Shown here: one piece after another, positions 9,762-20,418 of the stretch
Position numbering within the stretch: the first letter of the stretch is position 1
Layout of the letters: each line of letters starts with the position of its first letter
Source of the DNA: Candidatus Eiseniibacteriota bacterium
Lineage (GTDB): Bacteria; Eisenbacteria; RBG-16-71-46; CAVPCR01
Reading direction: 5' to 3'
Assembly (NCBI GenBank): GCA_963823555.1
Contig: CAWGMA010000001.1
Location: forward strand, 992,001 to 1,056,000
Length of the DNA stretch: 64,000 nucleotides
Translations under genes and position numbers: made by a program
Notes under the pieces: model-generated
Seen by the model: only the letters and a program-made list of their open reading frames with translations
Told to the model about the DNA's origin: nothing
Database searches by the model: none

Positions 9762-11009
9762 ATGAACGAGAACCAGGCAAGGGAAAGACAGACGGGAGCC
9801 GGCGCTCCCGCCGGTGCCCATCCGAGCAAGCAACGCCCCGGCGATCGCTCCCGGCGCGAGCGGGGGGCGATCATCGTCCTCATCGCGCTCTCGCTCGGCG
9901 TTTGCATGGCCTTCTCGGTCCTCGCCATCGACATCGGCCTCATGCTGCTCACGCGGACGCAGTTGCAGAACGCCGCCGATGCCGCGGCGCTCGCCGGCGT
10001 CTCCGCACTCCGGGACGGCAACCAGGTCGTGGCCACCCAGCGGGCGATCGCGGTGGCCGGACAGAACATGGCCTGGCAGGACGGCATGGAGCCGGTCGTC
10101 ATCAACGACGCCGACGTCACCTTTCCCGATTCCAGGCGTTGCCGCGTGACCACGCATCGGACCCACGACACCGGGGATCCGCTTCGCACCTTCTTCGTGC
10201 GGGTGCTCGATGCCGGGAACGATCGGCAGGCCGACGTGACGGCAGTCGCCGAGGCCGAGTACTACTTCATCTGCGGGACGGGTTGCCTGAAGCCGTGGTC
10301 GATCCCCGATCGCTGGGACGACACCGATGGCGACGGCGAGTACGATGGCGAGGAGCCCTACGACGACGTCAACGGCAACGACCAGTGGGATCCCGGGGAG
10401 CCGTTCACCGATCGCAACGGCAACGGCCAGTGGGATCCGGAAGAACCCTACGACCCGGTGGGGACCGGCTATCAGCCCCCGGGCGACGTCGGCCTCCAGA
10501 TCGGGCTCAAGATCGGGAACCCGCACGAGGTCATCACGCCGGGCTTCTTCCATGCCGTGGATTTCCCGCCGCTCCACAGCCCTTACGGCGCGCCGGAGTC
10601 GGGCGCCAGCATCTATCGCTGGAACATCGCCAACTGCTCGCCGTACTCGATCGAGGTGGGCGATACCCTCGTCGTCGAGCCCGGGAACATGCAGGGGCCC
10701 ACGCGCCAGGGCGCCCAGGATCTCATCGACGAGGATCCCGGGGCCTACTGGGACAACGCGAGCGGCACGGTCGAGGGATCCGCTTATGCGGAGAGCCCGC
10801 GCATCGTGAAGATCCCGTTCTTCTCGCCGTCCTCGACTCCCGATCCCGGCCGCCAGTACGTGGTCATCGCCAAGGTCGGCGCCTTCTTCATCGAGAGCGT
10901 GCAAGGAAACGGGACCGTGAACGGGCGCTTCATGGATCTCTCGACGACGGGGACCGGGTGCGAGCCGGGGCAGACCGGCTTCCTCTACGGCTACCGTCTC
11001 GTCGAGTAG
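9762..11009 (+). CDS. tadG: TadG-like pilus-associated protein with Ca-binding repeats
   Basis: RGAIIVLIAL...AIDIG...LQNAADAAALAG Tad N-terminus; DxDGDGxYD/DxNGNxxWD repeats. Confidence 0.85.
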   Translation: MNENQARERQTGAGAPAGAHPSKQRPGDRSRRERGAIIVLIALSLGVCMAFSVLAIDIGLMLLTRTQLQNAADAAALAGVSALRDGNQVVATQRAIAVAGQNMAWQDGMEPVVINDADVTFPDSRRCRVTTHRTHDTGDPLRTFFVRVLDAGNDRQADVTAVAEAEYYFICGTGCLKPWSIPDRWDDTDGDGEYDGEEPYDDVNGNDQWDPGEPFTDRNGNGQWDPEEPYDPVGTGYQPPGDVGLQIGLKIGNPHEVITPGFFHAVDFPPLHSPYGAPESGASIYRWNIANCSPYSIEVGDTLVVEPGNMQGPTRQGAQDLIDEDPGAYWDNASGTVEGSAYAESPRIVKIPFFSPSSTPDPGRQYVVIAKVGAFFIESVQGNGTVNGRFMDLSTTGTGCEPGQTGFLYGYRLVE

Positions 11010-11092
11010 CCCCGGCGGCACGGTCGGCAAGGCATGGCGCGGGTCTTCGGGCCCGCGCTTTGCATTTGCGTCGCAGTTTCCCGTCGGGGTCG

Positions 11093-12547
11093 TTACAGGG
11101 GCAGCCGGAGCAGGGCCTCGTCGTGGTAGACGACGGGGTAGCGTTCCTTGAGACTCGTGATGAGGGTCCTGTAACGCGCCTCCTCCCGCTCCTGGACGAG
11201 GTCGCGGCGCGCCTTCTCTTCCATCTCCGTGGCGGGGAGCGGCGCTCCATCCGGAGCCCGGAACCGCTCGGGATGAGCGGCGGCGTGGGAGCGGATCTCC
11301 TCGGCGCTCGGCGGCTCGGGCAGCATGACCTCGGCCTGGTACATCCTCTGGATGAGAGCCCGCTCGCGAATCCGCTCGAGCTCGGGAGCAAAGCCGGTCA
11401 TCTCGAGGTAACCGCGCTCGCGGGCCAGGTCGGAGTAGGCGTGGTGGCGGAAGTACTGATCGAGATCGCGGTCGACGCGGTCGCGCTCGGTGCGCGTGAT
11501 CACGGTCTGTTGCGGCTGATCGGCCATGTAGTCCGAGTAGTCGCCGATCGTGAAGCGGCCGCCGTCATAGGTGAAGATCGCGAGCTCGCGCTCGGGCGTC
11601 GTGAAGCCGAAGCGGTCCCGGCCCGGCCCGGTCGCTGCATCCGGCGCGCCGGCTGCCTCCCACTCCTGCATGCGGGTGAGGAAGAGCGCGACGACCGAGT
11701 CATGGACCGTGAAATGGAGGCGGGACTTCATCTCGGGCAGGAAGGCGCGCTGGCCCTGGCTGAACATGGCTTCGGCGTAGGCGCGGCGCACCACGGTATC
11801 GAGCGAATCGCGCGGGGCGGGGTCGGGAGTGATCGAATCGAGGCGAACCAGATGCCAGCGCTCGGACGCCGGGAAGGGCCCGCCGACCTGACCCGGCTCG
11901 AGCGCAAAGGCGACTTCCTCGAAGGCCGGAGGCATGGCGCCCCAGCTCACAGGAGGCAGCTCGCCCCCGGCGGCGGCGGTCTGCGAGTCGAGCGAATGGG
12001 CACGCGCGAGATCGGCGAAGGACTCGCCGGCGGTGATCCGGGCGAGGAGCGAATCCGCACCGCTCTCGGATGCGGTGGCGATGTGTCGCAGATGCAGGAT
12101 CTGCGAGCGCCGCCGCACGGCCTCGGCCACGGCCGCTTCGTCGAGGACGATCTTCTCCCGGATCTCTATGTCCTCGAGGGCGGCGATCAGGCGATCCCGT
12201 TCGAGCCGGTCGAGCTGGCGGCGGAGCGCCTCATCCTCGTAGCCGCGGGCCTCCGCTTCGAGGACCAGGAGCTTGGCCTGCACGATGGGCTCGATCAGCT
12301 GCTTCCGATCGGCCAGGGCGTCCCCGCTCGGCTTCGCGAGCTCCAGGCGATCGGTGTGCACGAGGAGGTCGGCGGCCGTGATGGGGCGGGGGCCGACCTC
12401 GACGACGACCGTCTCCCGGTTGACATCGGCCTGGCCGACCCCGACGAGAGCGGCCGAGGCCATGGCCACGAGGGTCACGGCGACCCCGGCCAGGGCACCG
12501 CCAGGCACGGTCCGGGCGCCGGATCGTGCGGGCTCGATTCGGGGCAT
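11093..12547 (-). CDS. Parvulin-type peptidyl-prolyl isomerase (SurA/PrsA-like)
   Basis: LRHI...GESFADLARAHSLD..TAAAGGEL...FEEVAFALEPGQVGGP rotamase motif; signal peptide; RBS AGGAAGG before ATG 12547. Confidence 0.88.
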   Translation of the reverse strand: MPRIEPARSGARTVPGGALAGVAVTLVAMASAALVGVGQADVNRETVVVEVGPRPITAADLLVHTDRLELAKPSGDALADRKQLIEPIVQAKLLVLEAEARGYEDEALRRQLDRLERDRLIAALEDIEIREKIVLDEAAVAEAVRRRSQILHLRHIATASESGADSLLARITAGESFADLARAHSLDSQTAAAGGELPPVSWGAMPPAFEEVAFALEPGQVGGPFPASERWHLVRLDSITPDPAPRDSLDTVVRRAYAEAMFSQGQRAFLPEMKSRLHFTVHDSVVALFLTRMQEWEAAGAPDAATGPGRDRFGFTTPERELAIFTYDGGRFTIGDYSDYMADQPQQTVITRTERDRVDRDLDQYFRHHAYSDLARERGYLEMTGFAPELERIRERALIQRMYQAEVMLPEPPSAEEIRSHAAAHPERFRAPDGAPLPATEMEEKARRDLVQEREEARYRTLITSLKERYPVVYHDEALLRLPL

Positions 12548-12700
12548 GTCCTTCCTTTCCGGTCGTTGCCAGGGGGCCCGAAGGCCCGGGACCGAGCTTC
12601 CGGGGAGGGTCCCCGTGGGACCCGGCAGGTCAAGCGCCCTGGACCCCGGCGAGGGCGCGGCGGGTACGCTACTTGCGAACAGCCCGGGTTTCGAGCCCGA

Positions 12701-12729
12701 TTTGCGGCCTCGCCCCGGCCCCGTATAAT
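12701..12729 (+). promoter_or_regulatory. Candidate sigma70 promoter of the moxR-bat operon
   Basis: TTTGCG-N17-TATAAT (perfect -10 at 12724-12729). Confidence 0.55.
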
Positions 12730-12839
12730 GCCAGGCCACCCCCGGTGCCCGTCGCGCCGGGGCGTGGTTTTGAAACCCATCCCGCGCCGTGACCTTAGAA
12801 CCTCCGGGCACTGCCCCGGAGCGGGGAGAAGAGGAGAGC

Positions 12840-13826
12840 ATGGAGGCCGGAATCCAGGTCATCAACGAGCGCGTACGGGCCGAGAGCGCTTTCGTCCAGG
12901 ATCTGCTCGGCGGAGTCGGGCAGGTCATCGTCGGCCAGCGAGCCATGGTCGAGCGGCTCCTGATCGGGCTTCTGACCGGGGGACATGTGCTCCTGGAGGG
13001 AGTGCCCGGTCTCGCCAAGACGCTTGCAGTGCGCACGCTCGCCCAGCTCGTCCAGGCCAAGTTCTCGCGTATCCAGTTCACTCCCGATCTCCTGCCCGCC
13101 GATCTCACCGGGACCATGATCTACAACCCTCGTGAGGCGACTTTCTCGCCGCGCCTGGGCCCGATCTTCGCGAACCTCATCCTTGCCGACGAGATCAACC
13201 GGGCGCCGGCCAAGGTGCAGTCGGCCCTGCTCGAAGCGATGCAGGAGCACCAGGTGACGATCGGAGAGCGTTCCTACCCTCTCGATGATCCCTTCCTCGT
13301 GCTCGCGACACAGAATCCGATCGAGCAAGAGGGGACGTATCCCCTCCCCGAGGCCCAGGTCGACCGCTTCATGCTCAAGATCAAGGTGACCTATCCATCG
13401 CCGGAGGAAGAGCGACAGATCCTCGATCGCATGACCGGCGCTCCGATCCCCGCCCCCAAACCGGTGGTGGATCCGGCCGCCATCCTGCGCGCCCGCGAGG
13501 CGGCGGCATCGGTCTATGTCGATGAGAAGATCAAGGACTACGTGATTCACATTGTCTTTGCGACCCGCGAGCCGGAGCGCTATGGGCTCGATCTGAAGCC
13601 GTTGATTGCCTATGGCGCGTCGCCGCGGGCCACGATCTACCTGACGCAGGCGGCCAAGGCTCATGCCTTCCTGCGCGGGCGAGGCTATGTGACCCCCGAG
13701 GACGTCAAGGCGATCGCTCTCGATGTCTTGCGCCATCGAGTCATCGTCACCTACGAGGCCGAGGCCGAGGAGGTCACGGCCGAGGACATCGCCCGCCGCG
13801 TGCTCGATCGGGTCGAGGTCCCGTAG
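12840..13826 (+). CDS. moxR: MoxR family AAA+ ATPase
   Basis: HVLLEGVPGLAKT, RIQFTPDLLPAD, LADEINRAPAKVQSALLEAMQE and GASPRA motifs. Confidence 0.96.
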   Translation: MEAGIQVINERVRAESAFVQDLLGGVGQVIVGQRAMVERLLIGLLTGGHVLLEGVPGLAKTLAVRTLAQLVQAKFSRIQFTPDLLPADLTGTMIYNPREATFSPRLGPIFANLILADEINRAPAKVQSALLEAMQEHQVTIGERSYPLDDPFLVLATQNPIEQEGTYPLPEAQVDRFMLKIKVTYPSPEEERQILDRMTGAPIPAPKPVVDPAAILRAREAAASVYVDEKIKDYVIHIVFATREPERYGLDLKPLIAYGASPRATIYLTQAAKAHAFLRGRGYVTPEDVKAIALDVLRHRVIVTYEAEAEEVTAEDIARRVLDRVEVP

Positions 13827-13854
13827 GCTCGAACGGCGCCGACGCCACGATCCC

Positions 13855-14748
13855 ATGATTCCACGCGACATCATCCGCAAGGTGAGACGGCTCGAGATAT
13901 CGACCCGACATCTTGTGAACGACGTCTTCGCCGGCCAGTACCACTCCGTGTTCAAGGGCCGGGGGATGGAGTTCAACGAAGTCCGGCAGTACCAGCCCGG
14001 GGACGATATCCGGACCATCGACTGGAACGTCACGGCGCGCACGGGCGATCCGCATGTGAAGCGCTATGTCGAGGAGCGCGACCTGACCGTGATGCTCCTC
14101 GTCGATCTATCGCGCTCGCAGGCCTTCGGCACCCGCTCGCAGCGCAAGAACGAGGTGGCGGCCGAGCTGTGCGCGTTGCTCGCGTTCGTCGCCATCCGCA
14201 ACAACGACCGAGTTGGATTCCTTTCCTTCACCGACCAGGTCGAACAATTCATCCCGCCGGCCAAGGGCCGCCAGCACGGTCTGCGCGTGATCCGGGAGGT
14301 CCTGGCCGCGGCTCCGGAGCGCACCGGCACCGACCTGAACGTGGCCCTGGAGCGCATCGGGCGCGTGCTCAAACGGCGTGCCGTCGTCTTCGTCATCTCG
14401 GACTTCATGGCCCCGGATTTTGCGAGTGCGTTCCGGACCGCCTCCCGGCGCCACGACATCGTCGGCATGCGGCTCATCGATCCGCGCGAGCGGGAACTCC
14501 CCGCCGTGGGTTTGTGCCTGGTCGAGGATCTGGAGACCGGAGAGCGGATGTGGATCGATACCGCGAACCGGCGGGCGCGCAGCGCCTACGAGAACGCGGC
14601 GCGGGCGCGTGAGGAGCGGACCCGCCGTCTGTTCGCCGCGAGCGGCAGCGATCTGGTCGAGATCCCGGTGGATGCAGACGGCGCCTATGTCGGTCCACTC
14701 ATCCGATTCTTCGGACGGCGTGCGGCGCGCGTGAGGCAGGGACGTTGA
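13855..14748 (+). CDS. DUF58 family protein
   Basis: GQYHSVFKGRGMEFNEVRQYQPGDDIRTIDWNVTAR. Confidence 0.95.
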   Translation: MIPRDIIRKVRRLEISTRHLVNDVFAGQYHSVFKGRGMEFNEVRQYQPGDDIRTIDWNVTARTGDPHVKRYVEERDLTVMLLVDLSRSQAFGTRSQRKNEVAAELCALLAFVAIRNNDRVGFLSFTDQVEQFIPPAKGRQHGLRVIREVLAAAPERTGTDLNVALERIGRVLKRRAVVFVISDFMAPDFASAFRTASRRHDIVGMRLIDPRERELPAVGLCLVEDLETGERMWIDTANRRARSAYENAARAREERTRRLFAASGSDLVEIPVDADGAYVGPLIRFFGRRAARVRQGR

Positions 14749-15788
14749 GAGTCCGGTTCGCCATACTGGCGGCCGTCGCCACAGGGGTCATCGTGGCGGC
14801 GACCATCGCCGCTCAGACAGCGGGGACGGGGCTTCGCATCGAAGCCGACCACGGCCGCTTCCAGGTCGGCGAGCCGGTGCGGCTCCGTCTCTCGGTGGAG
14901 GCTCCGCCGGGCACGGAGGTCCTGTGGCCCGGAGCGGGCGCGGTGCTCGGGCCGTTCGAGTTCCTCGCGCACGAGGTGTTGCCTCCCGACACGCTGGCGG
15001 CCGATCGCGTGCGACAGGCCGCTGATCTCACCGTCACCGCGTTTGCACGCGGCGAGGTCACGCTGCCCCCGCAATCGGTGACCCTCAGGCTGCCTGACGG
15101 AAAGGTGGTGACCGCGGTTTCGGATAGCCTCACCCTCGGCATCGAGAGCGTGCTCCCGGACTCCGCGGCCGGCCTCGATTCGCTGGACATTCGCCCCCTG
15201 AAGGCTCAGGTCGAGCTTCCAGGAGCAGGGCGGCGGCGACTCCTGATGGCGCTCGGCCTCCTCGCCCTGGCCTTGCTCCTCCTGATCGGGATCCTCGCGT
15301 GGCGCCGCCGCCGCCGGCGGATCATGGCCGTTGCCGCGCCCCCGCCCGACCCGAGGCCGGCGGATGTGATCGCGCTCAGCGATCTCGAGGCGTTGCGTGC
15401 GGCCGGTCTGGCCCGCGCCGGCCGGCTGAAGGAGCACTACACCCGCCTGACCGATATCCTCCGTCCCTATCTCGAACGTCGCTTCGGCATTCCGGCCGTG
15501 GATTCGACCACGAGCGAGATCCTGGCGGCGCTCGGCGGCGCGACCGGTCGCGCCGAGGCGGGAATGCGGCCGGAGACCATGGCCGAGCTCGAGGAGCTGC
15601 TGGGGGGAGCCGACCTCGTCAAGTTCGCGCGCCATCGTCCGCCGGCCGCGGTGGCCGAAGGCGAGATCGATCGAGCTGCCGACTTCGTCAAGACCACGGC
15701 AAGCCGGCCCGAGCTGGCCCCGAATGCGGCCGCTGGAAGCGGGGTCCCCGCCGGGGCTGCGGTCGCGAGCGCGGAGGAATCGCGATGA
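14745..15788 (+). CDS. Bat-operon membrane-anchored protein (BatD-like/DUF4381-like)
   Basis: Signal peptide, VGEPVRL Ig-like region, TM helix, YLERRFGIPAVDSTTSE and ADLVKFA; occupies the usual position between DUF58 and batA. Confidence 0.75.
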   Translation: MRVRFAILAAVATGVIVAATIAAQTAGTGLRIEADHGRFQVGEPVRLRLSVEAPPGTEVLWPGAGAVLGPFEFLAHEVLPPDTLAADRVRQAADLTVTAFARGEVTLPPQSVTLRLPDGKVVTAVSDSLTLGIESVLPDSAAGLDSLDIRPLKAQVELPGAGRRRLLMALGLLALALLLLIGILAWRRRRRRIMAVAAPPPDPRPADVIALSDLEALRAAGLARAGRLKEHYTRLTDILRPYLERRFGIPAVDSTTSEILAALGGATGRAEAGMRPETMAELEELLGGADLVKFARHRPPAAVAEGEIDRAADFVKTTASRPELAPNAAAGSGVPAGAAVASAEESR

Positions 15789-16771
15789 GGCTCGCTTATC
15801 CGTGGCTCCTCCTCCTGTTGCTCTTGATCCCGCTCATCCTCTATCGCGAGCGGGAGCGCCGGCGGCGGGTGGAGGCGCCGCTCAAGATCTCGGACACGAC
15901 GGCGCTCCAGCGCTCGGGTGCGAGCTGGCGCACGGCGGTGGCGCGTCTGCTCATGCCGCTCGAGCTCCTGGCCCTGGTGCTCACCGTTCTCATCCTCGCC
16001 CGCCCGCAATCCGATGTGCGCGAGCGCGAGGTGGTGAGCGAGGGCATCGACATCGTGCTCGCCGTCGACATCTCCGGCAGCATGAAGGCCGAGGATTTCA
16101 AACCGAACCGGCTGGTCGCGGCCAAGGAGGTGGCCAAGAAGTTCGTGGCCGGGCGGCAGGGCGACCGCATCGGCCTCGTCGTGTTCTCCGCCGACAGCTT
16201 CACGCAATGCCCGCTGACCCTCGATTACGGCGTGCTCACCGATCTCATCGACCAGGTGGACTTCGGCATGATCGATGATGGCACCGCGATCGGCATGGGT
16301 ATCGCCAACGCTGCGAATCGCCTCAAGGATGCCAAGGGCAAGTCCAGGGTGGTGATTCTCCTCACCGACGGGGTCAACAACGCCGGGCGTATCGACCCGC
16401 TCACGGCGGCGCGGCTGGCCAAGACTCTCGGCATCCGGGTCTACACGGTGGGGGCCGGGGTCGAGGGCGAGGCTCCCTATCCGGTGGACGATCCGGTCTT
16501 CGGCCGCCGCATGGTGATGATGCGCTCGACCATCGACGAGGAGACGCTCAAGAAGATCGCGTCCACCACCGGCGGCGAGTTCTTCCGGGCCCGGGACACA
16601 GGGACCCTGGAAGCCATCTACAGCCGGATCAGCGACATGGAGAAGACGAAGGTCGAGACGCGGGAGTACGTGCGCTACGACGAGCTGGGGCCGATCATGC
16701 TGGTGCCGGCATTCGTTCTGCTCGGGCTCGTCCTCGTCCTCGAGTCGACGTTGCTCATCAAGGTGCCTTAG
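15785..16771 (+). CDS. batA: BatA von Willebrand factor A domain protein
   Basis: GIDIVLAVDISGSM (MIDAS), GTAIGMG and ILLTDGVNNAG motifs. Confidence 0.92.
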   Translation: MRLAYPWLLLLLLLIPLILYRERERRRRVEAPLKISDTTALQRSGASWRTAVARLLMPLELLALVLTVLILARPQSDVREREVVSEGIDIVLAVDISGSMKAEDFKPNRLVAAKEVAKKFVAGRQGDRIGLVVFSADSFTQCPLTLDYGVLTDLIDQVDFGMIDDGTAIGMGIANAANRLKDAKGKSRVVILLTDGVNNAGRIDPLTAARLAKTLGIRVYTVGAGVEGEAPYPVDDPVFGRRMVMMRSTIDEETLKKIASTTGGEFFRARDTGTLEAIYSRISDMEKTKVETREYVRYDELGPIMLVPAFVLLGLVLVLESTLLIKVP

Positions 16772-16786
16772 GGGAGAGCTCCGTTC

Positions 16787-18580
16787 ATGCGATTTGCCGC
16801 GCCCGAGTTCCTCATGCTCCTGTGGGTCGTCGGAGCCCTGGCCGTGCTCAGGCTCGTCGCCCGCGTGCGCCGCGGCCGCCGAGCCCGGACCTTCGCCACC
16901 CCTCAGCTCTACTCGGGCCTCGCCGCCGAGCTGGGCCCCGGCCGGCGCGGGCTCCGGGATTTCTGTCGCCTCCTGGCGCTCGCCTTTCTCGTCCTGGCCC
17001 TGGCGCGGCCCCAGTTCGGACAGCGACTCGCGGTTCTGAAGCGCGAGGGCATCGATGTCGTCGTCGCCATCGACACCTCGGCCTCGATGCTGGCCGAGGA
17101 TCTCAAGCCCAACCGGCTCGAGACCGCCAAGCGCGCGGTCATCGGGCTCGCGCAGCGACTGCGCGGAGACCGGCTCGGGATCGTGGTGTTCTCGGGGTCC
17201 GCCTTCATCCAGTGTCCGCTCACGCTCGACGCCAAGGCGGCGCGGCTCATGATCGACGCGGTCGGCTCGGAGACGGTGCCCGATCCCGGCACGGCGCTCG
17301 AGGCCGCCATTGACCGCGCCAACGATGCCTTCGCCTCGGAGGAGAAGCGCTTCAAGGCGCTCATTCTCTTCACCGATGGCGAGGAGACGGCCGGCGATCC
17401 AATGGCAGCGGCCCGCCGGGCCGCGGACAAGGGCGTCCGCATCTTCACCGTCGGGCTCGGTGCCGAACGCGGGGAGCCCATTCCGCTCCGGAACCCAAGG
17501 GGCGAGATCGTGGGTTACAAGAAGGACCGCGCCGGGGAGGTCGTGATCAGCCGGCTCGACGAGGAAGCCCTCAAGCGGCTGGCCGAGATCGGTGGTGGGC
17601 GTTACTTCCGTGCCACCCCGGCCATGAGCGAGCTCGACGGGCTGTACGCGGAGATCGACGCCATGGAGAAGCGCGAGATCGAGGGGGGTTTTCACGCCCA
17701 CTACGAAGACCGTTTCCACTGGTTCGCGGTCCTCGCCTTCGGGTTCCTGGCGTTCGCACGACTTCTTGGCGAGAGACGGAATATCCCGCTCCGCGCCGCC
17801 GCCGGCGTGGCGATGATCTTGCTCTTCGCACCGTTGCCTGCTCTGGCGAAGGCCTCCGCCCCGGACGAGGTGGCGGCGGGGAATCGCGCCTACGCGCACG
17901 GCGATTTGAAGAAGGCCGCCGAGCACTATCTCGAGGCCCTCGGGGCCGAGCCGGAGAACCCCGGTATCCACTACAACCTCGGCAACACGCTCTATGGCGA
18001 GGGGCAGTATCCCGACGCGGACGCGGCCTATGGTACGGCCAGCGGTCACGCCGATTCACTGCTCAAGCAGTCCCTGAGCTACAATCTCGGCAACTCGCTC
18101 TTCCGCCAGGGTCGCTACCGTGAGGCGGTCGAAGCGTACAAGAAGGTGCTCGCGTCGAATCCAGGCGATGAGGATGCGCGCTGGAACCTGGAACTCGCCC
18201 TGGCGCGGATGCAGGAGCAGGAACAACAGCAACAGCAACAGCAACAGCAGCAGAACCAGCAGCAAGACCAGCAGGATCAGAATCAAGACAGGGAAAGCCA
18301 GCGCGACGAGCAGAACGAGGACAAGAAGCAAGAGCAGCAACCGCAGGCCCAGAGCCAGTCGCCGGAGAACCAGCAGGACGAGGAGGAGCAGCAGCCTCAA
18401 TCCGCCCAGGAGCAGAACGCAGCGAGCGGAGATGAACCGGCAGACCAACAGGAACAGCCCGAGATGAGCGCCGCCGAGGCGGAGCAGTTGCTCGAGGCGC
18501 TGGGCAACGAGGAGAAGGAGCTCTTGCAGGAGCGCTTCCGGGCGCGAGGTCGCAAGGTCGATGTGGAGAAGGACTGGTAA
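16787..18580 (+). CDS. batB: BatB-BatC fusion (VWA + TPR + Gln-rich tail)
   Basis: DTSASM MIDAS, LFTDGE, GEPIP..VISRLDE, then YNLGN TPRs, poly-Q and the BatC-type end VEKDW. Confidence 0.88.
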   Translation: MRFAAPEFLMLLWVVGALAVLRLVARVRRGRRARTFATPQLYSGLAAELGPGRRGLRDFCRLLALAFLVLALARPQFGQRLAVLKREGIDVVVAIDTSASMLAEDLKPNRLETAKRAVIGLAQRLRGDRLGIVVFSGSAFIQCPLTLDAKAARLMIDAVGSETVPDPGTALEAAIDRANDAFASEEKRFKALILFTDGEETAGDPMAAARRAADKGVRIFTVGLGAERGEPIPLRNPRGEIVGYKKDRAGEVVISRLDEEALKRLAEIGGGRYFRATPAMSELDGLYAEIDAMEKREIEGGFHAHYEDRFHWFAVLAFGFLAFARLLGERRNIPLRAAAGVAMILLFAPLPALAKASAPDEVAAGNRAYAHGDLKKAAEHYLEALGAEPENPGIHYNLGNTLYGEGQYPDADAAYGTASGHADSLLKQSLSYNLGNSLFRQGRYREAVEAYKKVLASNPGDEDARWNLELALARMQEQEQQQQQQQQQQNQQQDQQDQNQDRESQRDEQNEDKKQEQQPQAQSQSPENQQDEEEQQPQSAQEQNAASGDEPADQQEQPEMSAAEAEQLLEALGNEEKELLQERFRARGRKVDVEKDW

Positions 18581-18611
18581 CTTGCGTTCAAGCAGACAGA
18601 AGACGGGGAGC

Positions 18612-20418
18612 TTGCGGACGAGGTTCTGGCTGCCGGTTCTCCTTCTCCCGCTGGCGTTGTCGAGCGCGACGCGTCCTGCCGCCGCGATCGAGGTCGAAGC
18701 CCACCTCGATCGCGACCAGGTGGCACTGAGCGAGCGTCTCACGCTCACGGTCACCGTGAACGGCGGGGGTGGCGGCGCGCGTCCGGAGCTGCCGGAGCTC
18801 CCCGATTTCGCCGTCTACCCGGCGGGAACCTCGCGCAACTTCTCCTTCGTGAACGGGAAGATCTCGAGCGCCACGGTCTTCACCTACATCCTGGCTCCGA
18901 AGCGGGAGGGCACCTTCGAGATCCCGCCGATCGCTGTCGTCGAAGGCGGGACCCGCGCCACCTCGCGGCCGCTCGCGGTCACCGTGGCGGGGGCTGGGGC
19001 GTCTCCGTCGCCGGGGGGAACCTCCGCCCCGCCGCCCGCCGCTCGTGGCCCAGCGGGATCCGGATCGGATCCGAAGGCGATCTTCGTGACGGCAGAGGCC
19101 GATCCGAAGAACCCCTACGTGGGCGAGCAGGTGACCCTCACCGTGCGCTTCTATCAGGGCGTGAGACTCCTCGAGCGTCCGGACTACCGCCCTCCGGTTT
19201 CGACCGGTTTCTGGGTCGAGAGTCTGCCCGGGGAGCGCACCTACTACACCGAGGTCCAAGGACGCCGCTACCATGTGACCGAGCTCAAGACCGCGCTCTT
19301 TCCCACCGAGTCCGGAGACCTCACCATCGGCCCGGCCAGGGTGGAGTGTCTGATCGAGACCGATCCCTTCGGTCGGGATCCCTTCAGCTGGTTCCGCGGT
19401 GGGGTCGGCATGGGCGAGCCGCGAAGCGTCGAGTCGCGGCCGATCGCAGATCGACGTGCGCCCGATTCCCAGGTCCGGGAAGCCGGCCGGCTTCACGGGT
19501 GCCGTGGGCCGCTATTCGATCAAGGCTGCCCTCGACCCGATACAGGTGCGCGTGGGCGAAGCGGCGACGTTGACCGTGACCCTGACCGGGCAGGGGAACA
19601 TTCGCGCCGTGGCCGATCCGGAGCTCCCCGAGGTCCCTGGAATGCGCAGCTTCGATTCCGGGAGCACGATCGAGGACAAGCGTGAGGGCGGCACCTTCGG
19701 CGGCGTGAAGAAGCTGACACGCGTCTACGTTGCCGAGTCCTCCGGACGCTATGGGGTACCAGCCATCCGCTATCCGGTCTTCCGTCCGGATCGGGGTGAG
19801 TTCGAGATCCTGACCACGAAGGCTCTCGATCTGGAGGTGATCGAGGGCGACGGCACGGTGCCGCTGGTTCCCGGGGCGCCGCGGGCGGTGGTCGCGACAT
19901 CAGGAGGCGCCAACCTGCGTTTCATTCGCCTCGGTGATCCCGGGTTCGAGCGCGCGCGGGGTCCGTTGTGGACTCAGGCCGGGTTCTGGCTCGTGCAGAT
20001 CGTTCCCCTTCTCGGCCTGGTCGGAGCGTTCCTGTTCGCGCGCCACAAGGAACGCGAGGAGACCGACCAGGGCTACGCCCGTCTCCGGCGCTCCGGGAAG
20101 GAAGCTCGCCGACGCCTGCGCCACGCGCGGTCTCTCCTTGCCAAGCATGATCAGAAGGCGTTCTACGGCGCGGTTTCTCAAGCTCTCCTCGGCTACGTCG
20201 CGGATCGCACCAATCGTCAGGCGCCGGGACTCACGGTCGATGATGTCCGCTTTCTCCTCCATGCGCGCGAGGTCGAGCCGGCTCTGATCGACCGGTTCGC
20301 CGCCTGCCTCGAGCGCTGCGATTTCGGGCGCTTTGCTCCCGCCGCGGGAGGAGAGGGGAGGGAGGTCCTGGCGGAGGCCGAGGCCCTCCTCACCAGCCTC
20401 GGGCGGGCGGGGCTGTGA
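18612..20418 (+). CDS. batD: BatD family protein, frameshifted near 19446
   Basis: Two overlapping ORFs (18561-19685 and 19399-20418) join at VESRPI/QIDVRPIP if one base is removed; YVGEQV, FTGAVG and RFAP motifs. Start codon uncertain (TTG 18612). Confidence 0.85.

Noticed and set aside
9902..13135. 1077-aa ORF and other long shadow ORFs (e.g. 4398-7271, 15467-18049, 42580-45162, 60593-63061)
   Set aside because: Antisense or off-frame shadows of well-supported genes, as expected in high-GC DNA.
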